Below, piece by piece: positions 35,658-48,446 of a DNA stretch of 64,000 bases. A program made the position numbers and the translations under genes. Under the pieces are notes generated by a model. It did no database searches, was not told the DNA's origin, and worked only from the letters and a program-made list of their open reading frames with translations. Each line of letters opens with the position of its first letter. Position 1 is the first letter of the stretch. The DNA is from Gammaproteobacteria bacterium (GTDB taxonomy: Bacteria > Pseudomonadota > Gammaproteobacteria > S012-40), in contig JALUUH010000177.1 of NCBI GenBank assembly GCA_027021445.1, positions 9,667 to 73,666 of the forward strand, given 5' to 3'.

Positions 35658-36998
35658 TCACTTACCTATGCAAAAAGAGGAAAAAATATGGCCTAGCAAA
35701 TCTTCATTTGAAAATTCTCCCGTAATTTCACTTAATGCCTGTTGTGCAATACGCAATTCCTCAGCAAGCAACTCACCTGCAATATGCCCTTCCATATGCG
35801 CACACCCTTGAATTAGGGCTTGCTCACACCTTTGCAAAGCATCTAAATGTCGTCGACGTGCTAAAAATAACCCCTGACCTGTGTGCTCATACCCTATTGT
35901 TGTTTTTATTAGCTGTTTTAACGCTGCGATACCTTCACCTGTTTTTGCCGAAATCGCTATTCCGGCAAAATCATCGTTTAATTTTCGCTGGTCTATAGCG
36001 TCTAATAAATCTATTTTATTAATCAAAAATATCTGCGGAATATCCGCTGGGAGCTGCGCGATTAACGACTTATCTTTTGCAGAAAGACCTACCCCGCCAT
36101 CAATCATAAATAAAATAAGATCTGCAACCTCAACTTCCTTCCAAGCACGACGAATGCCTTCTAATTCTACAATGCCTGTGGTATCTCTAAGCCCAGCCGT
36201 ATCGGAAACATGTAAAGGTATTCCATCAATATGAATACTTTCACGTAAAATATCGCGAGTAGTTCCCGCGATTGCCGTCACTATCGCAGAATCACGCCCA
36301 GATAGGCCATTGAGCAAAGTAGACTTTCCCACATTAGGCTGTCCTAGAATGACAACCTTAATACCTTCGTTTAATAATACGCCCTGCTTAGCGACTTGTA
36401 GAATATTATTCACATCGCTACGCAAATCCTTTAATGTAGATAAAACCTTTGCTTCTGCTAAAAAATCAATTTCTTCCTCTGAAAAATCAATCGAAGACTC
36501 CACATAAATTCTAAATTGAATAAGCTTTTCTAGAAATTCTGTAATAGTATTGGAAAACTCTCCAGACAAAGAACGAATAGCAGAGCGCGCTGCTTGCGCA
36601 GATGAAGCATTAATAAGATCAGATATTGCTTCTGCTTGCACTAAATCCAGTTTATCGTTTAAAAAAGCACGCTCAGAAAACTCACCTGGCTTGGCCAATC
36701 TAGCGCCTAACTCAATAACACGCTGCAACAGCAAATCTAATATAAATTGACCGCCGTGGCCATGCAGTTCTAAGACATCTTCGCCGGTAAAAGAATTCGG
36801 ACCCGGAAAAAATATTGCGATACCGATATCCAGCACATTACAAGAAGAATCATAGAATGATAAATAAGAGGCAATACGAGGCGTTAGAGGTTTTTTTAAT
36901 ATTTCCCCAGCAATACTTTTAGACAACGGGCCAGAGATACGAACAATGCCAACACCGCCTTTTCCTGGTGGTGTCGCTAAGGCCGCAATAGTATCCAA
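35658..36998 (-). CDS. mnmE: tRNA modification GTPase MnmE
   Basis: [34 protein letters not shown]. Confidence 0.98.
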   Translation of the reverse strand: MDTIAALATPPGKGGVGIVRISGPLSKSIAGEILKKPLTPRIASYLSFYDSSCNVLDIGIAIFFPGPNSFTGEDVLELHGHGGQFILDLLLQRVIELGARLAKPGEFSERAFLNDKLDLVQAEAISDLINASSAQAARSAIRSLSGEFSNTITEFLEKLIQFRIYVESSIDFSEEEIDFLAEAKVLSTLKDLRSDVNNILQVAKQGVLLNEGIKVVILGQPNVGKSTLLNGLSGRDSAIVTAIAGTTRDILRESIHIDGIPLHVSDTAGLRDTTGIVELEGIRRAWKEVEVADLILFMIDGGVGLSAKDKSLIAQLPADIPQIFLINKIDLLDAIDQRKLNDDFAGIAISAKTGEGIAALKQLIKTTIGYEHTGQGLFLARRRHLDALQRCEQALIQGCAHMEGHIAGELLAEELRIAQQALSEITGEFSNEDLLGHIFSSFCIGK

Positions 36999-38711
36999 TT
37001 AACTGGGTTTTGCATTAGTCGCTTTTTCCACCTGCTTAGTAATATACCACTGCTGAGCAATTGACAATAAATTGTTAACAACCCAATATAAAACAAGACC
37101 TGATGGAAACAGCATAAAAAATAATGTGAAGATAATCGGCATGAAATTCATGATTTTTTGATGCATTGGATCTAATGATGGATTATGACTCAGCTTTTGC
37201 TGAACATACATCGATATACCCATTAACAGAGGCAATATATAAAATGGATCTTTTGCCGATAAATCATCAATCCACAAAATAAATGGCGCTTGGCGAATTT
37301 CGACACTCTCTAGGAGCATCCAATAAAGTGAAATAAATACCGGAATTTGTACTAACATTGGCCAACAACCCGATAATGGATTAACCTTTTCCTTCTTATA
37401 CAATTCCATCGTAGCCGCACTCATTTTTTGGCGATCTTCACCATAACGATCACGAATCGCTTGAAATTTTGGTGCTAACTTGCGCATATTCGCCATCGAA
37501 CGGTAACTGGCTGCGGACAACTTATAGAACACAATTTTAATTAATAGTGTCAGAATGACAATTGCAAATCCCCAGTTTCCGAGTTTCGAATGCAACCATT
37601 CAAGCACCCAAAAAAGAGGTTGTGCAATAATGGTTAAAAATCCGTAATCAACAGTTAACTTTAAATTTTCTGATATTTTTTCCAATCTATCTTGAATTTT
37701 TGGTCCGACGTATAAGTCCGTAGAAAACGTATATGAACTTCCCGCTGGAACGGTAAATTCAGCACTCGTTAAACCAAGAATATAACGCGTATTATTAATA
37801 CTTCTTGTGTAGAAATGATTAACTTCGCCTGGTTTAGGAACCCAAGCACTGACAAAATAATGCTGTAGCATTGCCACCCATCCACCACTAAAATAGCTTT
37901 GGGTCGGCTTCCAGGTTTCCATTTCCTTTAAATCTATTTTTTCGTAAGGCTCTTCCGGCGTAGAAACCGCGCCACCTGTAAACGTATAAAGTAGTCTCGA
38001 TTTGCCAGGCTCATCATATTCATTTCTTTGAAATTGGCGATAAAGACGCCCATCCCAATCATTGGCCGTATTATTTTCAATAACGTGATCAATGTGAATG
38101 AGATAACTATCCCGTTTAAAGGTATAAATTTTTGTTACTTTCAGTCCGTCTTCACCGACCCAGTTTAAAAAAACTTTCGACTCAGCTTGGCCTTCTTTTA
38201 GAATAACCTCGGTTTGCTCAGATGAAAAAATAGCATGATGATCTGGTGATGGCGTTTTTGATAATAAACCTGTTTGCGCAATAAATAACTGCGGCAAGGC
38301 ATCGTCCATAAGGGGATAAGGGTTCTCAGGCTCGTGTACATCAATTGGATAATTTTTTAAGAAAGCTCGTCGCAAATCACCACCCACGACATCAATATCT
38401 ATATCAAAAACATCAGTTTCAACATGAATCCGTTTATTTGAGGTAAGCGCAGATTGCACATTTGCAGCAGGTTTATCAGCCACGCTTTCCGCAACAGCTG
38501 TTGGTGTATCAGGTGTATCACTTGGTATACTTTCAGCGGTATTTTCAGTGGGTGTAATAGCCACAGAAGATGATTCTGGTGTAATAGCAACATCAGAAAC
38601 AGGATTGTTAGCAGTGATAATAACGGGTTGGTTTTTTGCGTTCCAGGCATCCCACATAAGCAATACAACAAAACTCAGTGCGATAAACAGAAGCAGTCTT
38701 TGATTATCCAT
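36999..38711 (-). CDS. yidC: Membrane protein insertase YidC
   Basis: VDYG, GNWG, NPLSGCWP, QAPF, DPFYILP, GLVLYW. Confidence 0.98.
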   Translation of the reverse strand: MDNQRLLLFIALSFVVLLMWDAWNAKNQPVIITANNPVSDVAITPESSSVAITPTENTAESIPSDTPDTPTAVAESVADKPAANVQSALTSNKRIHVETDVFDIDIDVVGGDLRRAFLKNYPIDVHEPENPYPLMDDALPQLFIAQTGLLSKTPSPDHHAIFSSEQTEVILKEGQAESKVFLNWVGEDGLKVTKIYTFKRDSYLIHIDHVIENNTANDWDGRLYRQFQRNEYDEPGKSRLLYTFTGGAVSTPEEPYEKIDLKEMETWKPTQSYFSGGWVAMLQHYFVSAWVPKPGEVNHFYTRSINNTRYILGLTSAEFTVPAGSSYTFSTDLYVGPKIQDRLEKISENLKLTVDYGFLTIIAQPLFWVLEWLHSKLGNWGFAIVILTLLIKIVFYKLSAASYRSMANMRKLAPKFQAIRDRYGEDRQKMSAATMELYKKEKVNPLSGCWPMLVQIPVFISLYWMLLESVEIRQAPFILWIDDLSAKDPFYILPLLMGISMYVQQKLSHNPSLDPMHQKIMNFMPIIFTLFFMLFPSGLVLYWVVNNLLSIAQQWYITKQVEKATNAKPS

Positions 38712-38712
38712 T

Positions 38713-38940
38713 TTATTTCTTATTTAGTTCTTCTGGCACGGGGTCTATTCCCCCTTCATGCCAAGGATGACAACGAGTAATTCGTTTAAAAGCTAACCAG
38801 CCACCGTGGATAGCACCGAAGCGTGATATAGACTCTTCGGCATAAGAAGAACAACTAGGGTAATAACGGCAATTTGAACCCAAAAAAGGGCTGATAAAGT
38901 ACCTATATATCTTAATAAAACTAGTTAGAATCTTTCTCAT
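38713..38940 (-). CDS. yidD: Membrane protein insertion efficiency factor
   Basis: [25 protein letters not shown]. Confidence 0.95.
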   Translation of the reverse strand: MRKILTSFIKIYRYFISPFLGSNCRYYPSCSSYAEESISRFGAIHGGWLAFKRITRCHPWHEGGIDPVPEELNKK

Positions 38941-39292
38941 TGACCGATAAACTACGCCAAATACTGTTTAGAATCAGCTTTAACTGCTGATTAGATGTAA
39001 GCTCTAGACCAGGACGAGCGAGAAGGATAATATCGACTCCCTTATCGCCAAAGCAATGTAAGCGAAAACTTTCTCTACAAATACGCTTTAAACGGCTACG
39101 TTCTACAGATTTTCGAACTGCTTTTTTAGAGAAGGCCATCCCTAGTCTAGGGTTATTTTTTTCATTAACTCTAGAATATGCTACAAGTACTTTTTTATTA
39201 TTTTTACGTGGCTTAGCAAACACCCACTTAAAATCTGCCGGTGTCAAAAGACGATATCTTCGAGGAAAATGTTGACGACACTGACACATCAA
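38921..39292 (-). CDS. rnpA: RNase P protein component
   Basis: [20 protein letters not shown]-like [13 protein letters not shown]. Confidence 0.92.
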   Translation of the reverse strand: MMCQCRQHFPRRYRLLTPADFKWVFAKPRKNNKKVLVAYSRVNEKNNPRLGMAFSKKAVRKSVERSRLKRICRESFRLHCFGDKGVDIILLARPGLELTSNQQLKLILNSIWRSLSVNEKDSN

Positions 39293-39367
39293 CTAACAAG
39301 CAACTTATGCATTACGCGCAGGTTAAACCAGTCCATGATTAATCTAAAACTATTTAACCTAATAAAT

Positions 39368-39502
39368 TTAGGCGGTTAAACGAACTCGTCCTTTACGACG
39401 ACGCGCATTCACGATTTGGCGACCTGCTTTAGTAGCCATACGTGCGCGAAAACCATGTGTGCGAGCTCTTTTTATACTACTTGGTTGAAAAGTTCTTTTC
39501 AT
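39368..39502 (-). CDS. rpmH: 50S ribosomal protein L34 (missing from ORF track)
   Basis: Manual translation: [44 protein letters not shown]. Confidence 0.98.
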   Translation of the reverse strand: MKRTFQPSSIKRARTHGFRARMATKAGRQIVNARRRKGRVRLTA

Positions 39503-39682
39503 AATTCCATACCTATAAAGGCTCGAAGCCCCGGATAAAAGGCGGTCAAGATACGCATCACGTTAACACTTGTCAATAGAAATAAATCTTTAAAACTCGA
39601 TAAAAACTCTGGAAGGAGTTATCAGAGATAGTTAGACTGACGAGTCCTCTAACTTTAATGCCTTTCAACGTGGTAAAAAACA

Positions 39683-41074
39683 TTGTCGCAAACTCTCTGG
39701 AGCAAGTGTTTAACTCAGCTAGAACATGAGCTAAGTGCACAGCAATATAATACATGGATTAAACCCCTAAATGCAGAAGTCACAGAAAATGGGTTGATCA
39801 TCATTGCCCCTAATCGCTTCGTGCTTGACTGGGTTAATAGAAAGTTTCTTCTTAGAATAAAGGAGATTAGCTCAACCGTTCATGGTAACAATTCTTCAAT
39901 CACCTTAAAAATCAAAAAAACGCCGCCTTTAGGCATTGAACCCAAATTAAAACCTAAAATTCAAGTCGATGTTCAGGCACAGCAGCCTTCAATACCTGCA
40001 AAACTAATTCGGCCAAAAACGCAACGTACCGAATTAACTCCTAATGTTATCCGTCAAAGCTCATTAAATCCTTTATACAATTTTGAGAATTATGTCGAAG
40101 GAAAATCAAATCAGCTCGCACGCGCCGCTTCATTTTTAGTCGCTGAAAACCCCGGAGGTGGTTATAATCCATTGTTTTTATACGGTGGAGTAGGTCTTGG
40201 TAAAACACACTTAATGCATGCAATCGGTAATTATTTTATTAATACTAATCCCAAAGCAAAAGTCGCCTATTTGCATTCCGAAAAATTTGTTCAAGACATG
40301 GTTAAAGCATTACAACACAATTCGATAAGTCGTTTTAAAAACTATTATCGATCTCTTAACGTGTTGCTTATTGATGATATTCAGTTTTTTGCAGGGAAAG
40401 AGCGTTCTCAAGAGGAATTTTTTCATACATTTAATCAATTACTTGAAGGTCAAAACCAAGTTGTGCTTACGTGTGATCGCTATCCAAAAGAAGTCGATGG
40501 TTTAGAAGAGAGACTTAAATCAAGATTTGGTTGGGGGCTCACTGTTTCTGTAGAACCGCCTGACTTAGAAACTCGAATTGCAATATTAATGAGCAAAGCA
40601 AAGCAAATGGATGTTGATTTAAGCGATGATGTGGCTTTTTTTCTCGCGAAAAACATTCGCTCAAATATTCGTGATTTAGAAGGCGCATTACGACGTGTCA
40701 GTGCAAATTCTAAATTTACCGGAAACGCGATAACCTTGGATTTTACCCGTGAGGCATTACGTGACTTACTCGCTGTACAACAAAAACTTGTCACTCTTGA
40801 GAATATTCAAAAAACAGTAACTGAATATTATAAAATACGATTTTCAGAGTTATTGTCGAAAAAGAGAACACGCTCAATTGCCAGACCAAGGCAAATAGCA
40901 ATGACATTGGCTAAAGAATTAACAAACCATAGTTTACCTGAAATTGGGAATGCATTCGGTGGTAGAGATCATACAACCGTCTTACATGCATGTAAAAAAG
41001 TGAATGAATTAAAAAAATCTGACCTAAAAGTTGAGGAAGATTACAGCAACCTGTTGAGAAGACTGACAACATAG
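39683..41074 (+). CDS. dnaA: Chromosomal replication initiator DnaA
   Basis: [40 protein letters not shown]. Confidence 0.99.
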   Translation: MSQTLWSKCLTQLEHELSAQQYNTWIKPLNAEVTENGLIIIAPNRFVLDWVNRKFLLRIKEISSTVHGNNSSITLKIKKTPPLGIEPKLKPKIQVDVQAQQPSIPAKLIRPKTQRTELTPNVIRQSSLNPLYNFENYVEGKSNQLARAASFLVAENPGGGYNPLFLYGGVGLGKTHLMHAIGNYFINTNPKAKVAYLHSEKFVQDMVKALQHNSISRFKNYYRSLNVLLIDDIQFFAGKERSQEEFFHTFNQLLEGQNQVVLTCDRYPKEVDGLEERLKSRFGWGLTVSVEPPDLETRIAILMSKAKQMDVDLSDDVAFFLAKNIRSNIRDLEGALRRVSANSKFTGNAITLDFTREALRDLLAVQQKLVTLENIQKTVTEYYKIRFSELLSKKRTRSIARPRQIAMTLAKELTNHSLPEIGNAFGGRDHTTVLHACKKVNELKKSDLKVEEDYSNLLRRLTT

Positions 41075-41084
41075 TGGTAAAACC

Positions 41085-41285
41085 TGTGAATAAGATGAGT
41101 CGGCATAAATAAGCCAATATCATGCACAAGTTATCCACAGACCACATACAGCTAAACCAGGGTTTCATATTCAATTAAATAGTTATTAACTTATTGAAAT
41201 ACAAAAATAAATAAAAGTTAATAACAAAATTAAGCTGGGTATTTAATAGCAATAAGTTTTTTAAAAAATATAGGGTAATTATAAT
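41085..41285. other. Putative oriC (DnaA boxes plus AT-rich unwinding region)
   Basis: TGTGAATAA 41085-41093, TCATGCACA 41120-41128 and TTATCCACA 41131-41139, followed by a very AT-rich tract with inverted repeats. Apparent GC-skew switch around here. Confidence 0.7.
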
Positions 41286-42389
41286 ATGAGGTTCGAAACA
41301 ACTAGGGAAAACTTATTAAGACCGATCCAATTCGCAAGTAGTGTAGTTGAAAGAAAACAAACCTTACCTATCCTTTCGAATGTGCTAATAAAACTTAAGG
41401 ATAATGAGATTTCCGTGACCGCAACCGATTTGGAAATGGAAATAATAGCGAAACTTCAAGTCGAAAATGGAACTGATGGAGAAATCACGATACCTGTTAG
41501 AAAATTGTTAGATACTTGTAAAGCTTTGCCTGATGAGGCTCATATAAGCTTTATAGTTGAAAATGATAAAGCAGTTATCAAAAGTGGGCGAACCCGTTTT
41601 CGTTTAACCACTATATCTGCTGAAAATTTTCCGGTTATTGAAACACTGAAATCCTTATATTCTTTTGATATGGCGCAAAATGAATTTAAAAACTTACTCG
41701 ATAAAACAAGTTTTTCCATGGCTTTGCAAGATGTAAGGTTTTACCTAAATGGCTTATTACTGGAAATCAAAGAAGATAGTGTTACGGCAGTTGCTACGGA
41801 TGGACACCGACTTGCGTTAAGCCGTTTAAATGCAGAAACCAAAGCTCCAGAAACCTTGCATACGATTATTCCTCGAAAAGCAGTGATTGAAATAGCCCGT
41901 TTATTGCTAGAAGATGAGAGCCAGGTTTCTGTGACCGTTGGTGAAAATTTTTTCCGTTTAGAATTTAACCAAATTGTATTTACTACTAAACTTATTGATG
42001 CACAGTACCCAAATTATAATAATGTAATTCCGCAAACGGGAGAAAATCAGCTTATTGCAAATAAGGAGGCGATTAAGCAATGCTTGCTTAGAACCTCAAT
42101 ATTATCTAACGAAAAATACCGTGGAATCCGCGTAGAAATTGAAAATAATAAATTGAAAGCGCAAGCAAATAATCCAGATCAAGAAGAAGCTGAGGACGAA
42201 ATTGAAGTATCTTATACCGGCGAAAACCTACGTATCGGATTTAATGTAAATTACCTTATTGATGCTATTACAGCGGTTGATTCCAATGAAGTTCTTATTA
42301 AGTTTTCGGATGCAAACGGCAGTGCGGTTATTGCACCTGCGGACGGTGATCAATATATCCTTTATGTCGTTATGCCAATGAGGCTTTAA
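41286..42389 (+). CDS. dnaN: DNA polymerase III beta clamp
   Basis: QTLPILSN, ATDLE, ATDGHRL, GFNVNYL, VVMPMRL. Confidence 0.98.
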   Translation: MRFETTRENLLRPIQFASSVVERKQTLPILSNVLIKLKDNEISVTATDLEMEIIAKLQVENGTDGEITIPVRKLLDTCKALPDEAHISFIVENDKAVIKSGRTRFRLTTISAENFPVIETLKSLYSFDMAQNEFKNLLDKTSFSMALQDVRFYLNGLLLEIKEDSVTAVATDGHRLALSRLNAETKAPETLHTIIPRKAVIEIARLLLEDESQVSVTVGENFFRLEFNQIVFTTKLIDAQYPNYNNVIPQTGENQLIANKEAIKQCLLRTSILSNEKYRGIRVEIENNKLKAQANNPDQEEAEDEIEVSYTGENLRIGFNVNYLIDAITAVDSNEVLIKFSDANGSAVIAPADGDQYILYVVMPMRL

Positions 42390-42397
42390 GTTAATTC

Positions 42398-43483
42398 ATG
42401 CAGTTGCAGGAGATATTCTGTAAAAACCTAAGAAATCTAGTTGAACAAAAAGTCGTTTTAAACGCTGGAATGAATGTTTTTCATGGTGTCAATGGCAGTG
42501 GCAAAACCAGCTTTCTGGAAGGTATACATTTACTCACTACCGGAAAATCATTTAGAAATCATCTTACGTCACAAATTGTGACTCATGATGCAGATGAGTT
42601 GTGCATAAACGGCTTATTAATTGATAGAGATCAAGATAGCCATACTTCGTTGGCAATTATAAAAGGTCGGAAAACTAACCAGTTAAAAATAAATCAGAAA
42701 AAAGAAACAAAATTAAGTACCTTAGCGCGAATTGCACCGATGCTTGTTATTACCCAAGAAACTCAAAAACTCTTGCAGGATGGGCCTCAATGGAGAAGAC
42801 GTTTCATCGACTGGGGATTGTTCCACGTGGAACAACAATTCTCAAATACCTGGTTAGACTTTAATAAAGCACTGAAACACCGAAATCGATTATTGCAAAA
42901 TGGCATATCCAAAGAAGATAAGCATTTTATACTTTGGACTGAAAATGTTGCAAACCTGGGTAATCAGTTAACCAAATTTCGTCAGCATTATCTTATCGAG
43001 TTAGCTGAGTTTATTCAGCATATATCCGCAGAATTACTAGATAATGTAAAAATAGAAATTATTTTCAAAAAAGGTTGGAAAAAAGATTCTGACTTAAAAA
43101 CAGCGCTTATTGAAAGCTACTCAAAGGATTTATTAGCTAAGACAACCCATGTCGGCCCACAGCGCGCAGATTTCATTTGTAAGTTTCAGTCGCGGAAAGC
43201 AAATGGATATGTTTCTAGAGGACAACAAAAATTAATTATATATGTTCTCATTCTAGCTCAAGTTTGTCATTTAAAACAAAAAATTGATAAAGATGTTATC
43301 CTGTTGATTGATGAACTTGGAGCGGAGTTAGATGAGTCCAATTTAAAACAATTATTAGTTATTTTAGAAAAATATCTTTCACAAACGTTTATTACAACCG
43401 CTAATGCCAAATTAATTCCTATGCATGTATTAACTCAATGCAAAATGTTCCACGTGGAACAAGGAATGATTAACGCAGCATAA
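42398..43483 (+). CDS. recF: Recombination protein RecF
   Basis: GVNGSGKTS, P..RRRFIDWG, SRGQQK, LLIDE. Confidence 0.95.
   Translation: MQLQEIFCKNLRNLVEQKVVLNAGMNVFHGVNGSGKTSFLEGIHLLTTGKSFRNHLTSQIVTHDADELCINGLLIDRDQDSHTSLAIIKGRKTNQLKINQKKETKLSTLARIAPMLVITQETQKLLQDGPQWRRRFIDWGLFHVEQQFSNTWLDFNKALKHRNRLLQNGISKEDKHFILWTENVANLGNQLTKFRQHYLIELAEFIQHISAELLDNVKIEIIFKKGWKKDSDLKTALIESYSKDLLAKTTHVGPQRADFICKFQSRKANGYVSRGQQKLIIYVLILAQVCHLKQKIDKDVILLIDELGAELDESNLKQLLVILEKYLSQTFITTANAKLIPMHVLTQCKMFHVEQGMINAA
42819..42834. other. parS site 1
   Basis: Perfect palindrome TGTTCCACGTGGAACA within recF. Confidence 0.9.
43446..43461. other. parS site 2
   Basis: Second identical TGTTCCACGTGGAACA near the recF 3' end. 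Confidence 0.9.
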
Positions 43484-43500
43484 TTAACTATTTTAGGTGA

Positions 43501-45924
<2,424 letters not shown>

Positions 45925-45927
45925 GAT

Positions 45928-45956
45928 AAAAAACCCGGTTAATATACCGGGTTTTT
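45928..45956. terminator. Bidirectional intrinsic terminator gyrB/fbp
   Basis: AAAAAACCCGGT-TAATAT-ACCGGGTTTTT. Confidence 0.85.
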
Positions 45957-45976
45957 GGATTTATAAATAATAAAAA

Positions 45977-46978
45977 CTATTGGTGATATGAGTCAACGCG
46001 TTTAACTTCATTAGTCGATCCAAGGATGACCGGGACTCGTTGATGTATTTCTTTAGGTTTCAATTCCATTATTCTTTCACGACCCGTTGAGCTTAAACCT
46101 CCAGCCTGTTCAACGATGAAAGACATTGGATTTGCTTCATACATTAAGCGCAGTTTTCCCGCTTTAGCAGGGTCTTTTGTATCAAACGGATACATGAAAA
46201 TACCGCCGCGAGTGAGTATTCGATAAACTTCTCCCACCATTGATGCGACCCAACGCATGTTGAAATTTTTGTCTCTTGCGCCAGTAACACCGTCAATGCA
46301 TTCTTGAACATAACGTTGTACGGGTTTTTCCCAAAAGCGTTGATTAGACATATTAACTGCAAACTCAGCGGTGTCTTCAGGAATCATCATGTTTTTATGA
46401 GTTAACTTAAATTCATTGGATCCTGGATCTAATGTAAAACCTTGAACACCGTTACCCGTAGTAATAATCATTAATGTAGAAGGCCCATATAAGCAAAACC
46501 CCGCACAGATTTGCTCGGTTCCGGGTATAAGATAATCGGCTAATTTTGGATCAGTTACGCCTTCAGGACATCTTACAATAGAAAATATCGATCCTACTGT
46601 TATGTTCACATCGATATTTGATGACCCGTCAAGCGGATCAAAATACATTAAGTAAGGGCCTTTTTTATACTGTGGTGGGATACTATAAACATCTTCTTCT
46701 TCTTCTGAAGCCATTCCGGCCAATGTTCCCGATTTTTCGGTATGTCGAATAAACATTTCATTGGACATAACGTCAAGTTTCTTCTGCGTTTCACCCTGAA
46801 TATTTTCAGATTCAGCGGAACCCAAAACGCCATAAAGAGCACCATGATTTATCGCGGTATGAATCTCCTTACACGCAGCAGAGACATCTTCAATTAAGCT
46901 TATTAAGTTTGCATCGATATCTTGTCCCGCTTGCTGCTCTTTTAGCAGATAGTCTTTAATGTTGACAGTGTTTTCCAT
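45977..46978 (-). CDS. fbp: Class 1 fructose-1,6-bisphosphatase
   Basis: GETQKKLDV, ASEE, FDPLDGSSNIDVN, GKLRLMYEANP. Confidence 0.95.
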   Translation of the reverse strand: MENTVNIKDYLLKEQQAGQDIDANLISLIEDVSAACKEIHTAINHGALYGVLGSAESENIQGETQKKLDVMSNEMFIRHTEKSGTLAGMASEEEEDVYSIPPQYKKGPYLMYFDPLDGSSNIDVNITVGSIFSIVRCPEGVTDPKLADYLIPGTEQICAGFCLYGPSTLMIITTGNGVQGFTLDPGSNEFKLTHKNMMIPEDTAEFAVNMSNQRFWEKPVQRYVQECIDGVTGARDKNFNMRWVASMVGEVYRILTRGGIFMYPFDTKDPAKAGKLRLMYEANPMSFIVEQAGGLSSTGRERIMELKPKEIHQRVPVILGSTNEVKRVDSYHQ

Positions 46979-47124
46979 CGTATTTCCTTAAGTTAGGTTT
47001 AATCTTTTACCTCAAAATATCAGCCGGTTACTCTTGAGAGCTTGTCCGAGAGATCCGTGCTTGATTTGTTTTCAAGTCTAATATTGTGGCGGATTGTATC
47101 AAAATCGGGTGCGCAAAATAACTA

Positions 47125-47859
47125 TTAGATAGCGGTAATCGGTTTAAGCTTATCATTAGTTATTTCTTGCATTTGCTCCTCAATCCATTTTTCGACTTCG
47201 GTGGTCAATTCGGATGAGTTTTTTCCGTTAGGTTGGATCGGAGTTCCTAGTTTTACCCTGATAACTCCAGGATTTATTATAAATGAGCCCTTAGCCCAAA
47301 ACTCGCCAGCATTATGAGCCATAGGGATTATAGGGTAGCCCGTACTAATCGCCAGTCGAGCACCGCCTTGGCGATACTTTCCGCGTTTTCCAGCACGTAT
47401 ACGGGTTCCTTCAGGAAACAAAACAACACAGCGATTATCATCTAATCTTTCTTGACCTTGTTTTATAAGTTGTTGCATGGCTTCTTTGCGCGAATCCCGG
47501 TTAATGGCAATAGGTTCGGTTAATGCTAAACCCCAACCAAAAAAAGGTATGCGTAATAGTTCCTTTTTTAATAACCAAGCTTGCTCGCGAAAAATTTTCT
47601 GTAAGGCCAGTGTTTCCCAGGTAGATTGATGTTTACTGAGGACAATGACTGCAGAATCAGGAATATTCTCCGAACCTTCAATTTTATAGTGAAGTCCGCA
47701 AATAATACCCAGTGCCCAAATATTCATTTTGGCCCATTGGCTGATAAACGCATAACGGACTCGAAATGAAAAGGGGAATAAAAAAAGCGCGGGAATGGCG
47801 ATGATTATGGCCGTTATAGCCATGAATGAATTAAATAAGGTAGAACGTAATACTAACAT
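47125..47859 (-). CDS. plsC: 1-acyl-sn-glycerol-3-phosphate acyltransferase
   Basis: KHQSTWET, LKKELL..PFFG, FPEGTR. Confidence 0.9.
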   Translation of the reverse strand: MLVLRSTLFNSFMAITAIIIAIPALFLFPFSFRVRYAFISQWAKMNIWALGIICGLHYKIEGSENIPDSAVIVLSKHQSTWETLALQKIFREQAWLLKKELLRIPFFGWGLALTEPIAINRDSRKEAMQQLIKQGQERLDDNRCVVLFPEGTRIRAGKRGKYRQGGARLAISTGYPIIPMAHNAGEFWAKGSFIINPGVIRVKLGTPIQPNGKNSSELTTEVEKWIEEQMQEITNDKLKPITAI

Positions 47860-47894
47860 AAAGCCTTCTTCTCTTTTTTTCAGAGGGCCAAATT

Positions 47895-48437
47895 TTACAC
47901 GTGATTGCTTAGAATAGCATCTACCGCTTGAGCTAAATTTTTGTATACGGGGAAGTTAATATTTTTTTTCTGCTCTTTTAAAGTGAGTTCTCCTTTCCCG
48001 GTTTTGACCAGGATAGGTTTTCCCTTGCATTGTTTAGCCGCAAGGATATCGCGGTAGGAATCGCCAATACAGTAGACGTTTTCCAAGCTAACATTGAAAA
48101 CTTGCTCGACCCTTTTAAATAAACCCGCTTTGGGTTTTCGGCAGTTGCAATTATCTGCAGGTCCGTGAGGGCAGTAAAATATAGCATTTATTACACCGTT
48201 GAATTGAGTGACGAGTTTGCACATTTTATTATGCATAGCTGCCAAGGTTTTGTGCTCGTAAAAACCGCGACTTATACCCGACTGATTAGTAATGATGATG
48301 ACTTTATAATTGTTTTTGGAAAGTTTAGAGATAGCCTCGATGCTTCCAGGTATCGGTATCCATTCATCTACCGATTTAATGTATTGATCCGAGTCCTCAT
48401 TTATGACGCCGTCTCTGTCTAAGATGATTAATTTCAT
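47895..48437 (-). CDS. gmhB: D-glycero-D-manno-heptose-1,7-bisphosphate phosphatase
   Basis: LDRDGVIN, TNQSG, CPH...CNCRKP, GDS. Confidence 0.93.
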   Translation of the reverse strand: MKLIILDRDGVINEDSDQYIKSVDEWIPIPGSIEAISKLSKNNYKVIIITNQSGISRGFYEHKTLAAMHNKMCKLVTQFNGVINAIFYCPHGPADNCNCRKPKAGLFKRVEQVFNVSLENVYCIGDSYRDILAAKQCKGKPILVKTGKGELTLKEQKKNINFPVYKNLAQAVDAILSNHV

Positions 48438-48446
48438 CAGTATATT

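Noticed and set aside
39503-39682. Pseudomonas-type oriC between rpmH and dnaA
   Set aside because: No TTATCCACA-like boxes or extended AT-rich repeats recognised here.
41140-41160. DnaA-trio array after the perfect DnaA box
   Set aside because: GACCACATACAGCTAAAC does not give a clean run of NTN triplets as in the B. subtilis unwinding element.
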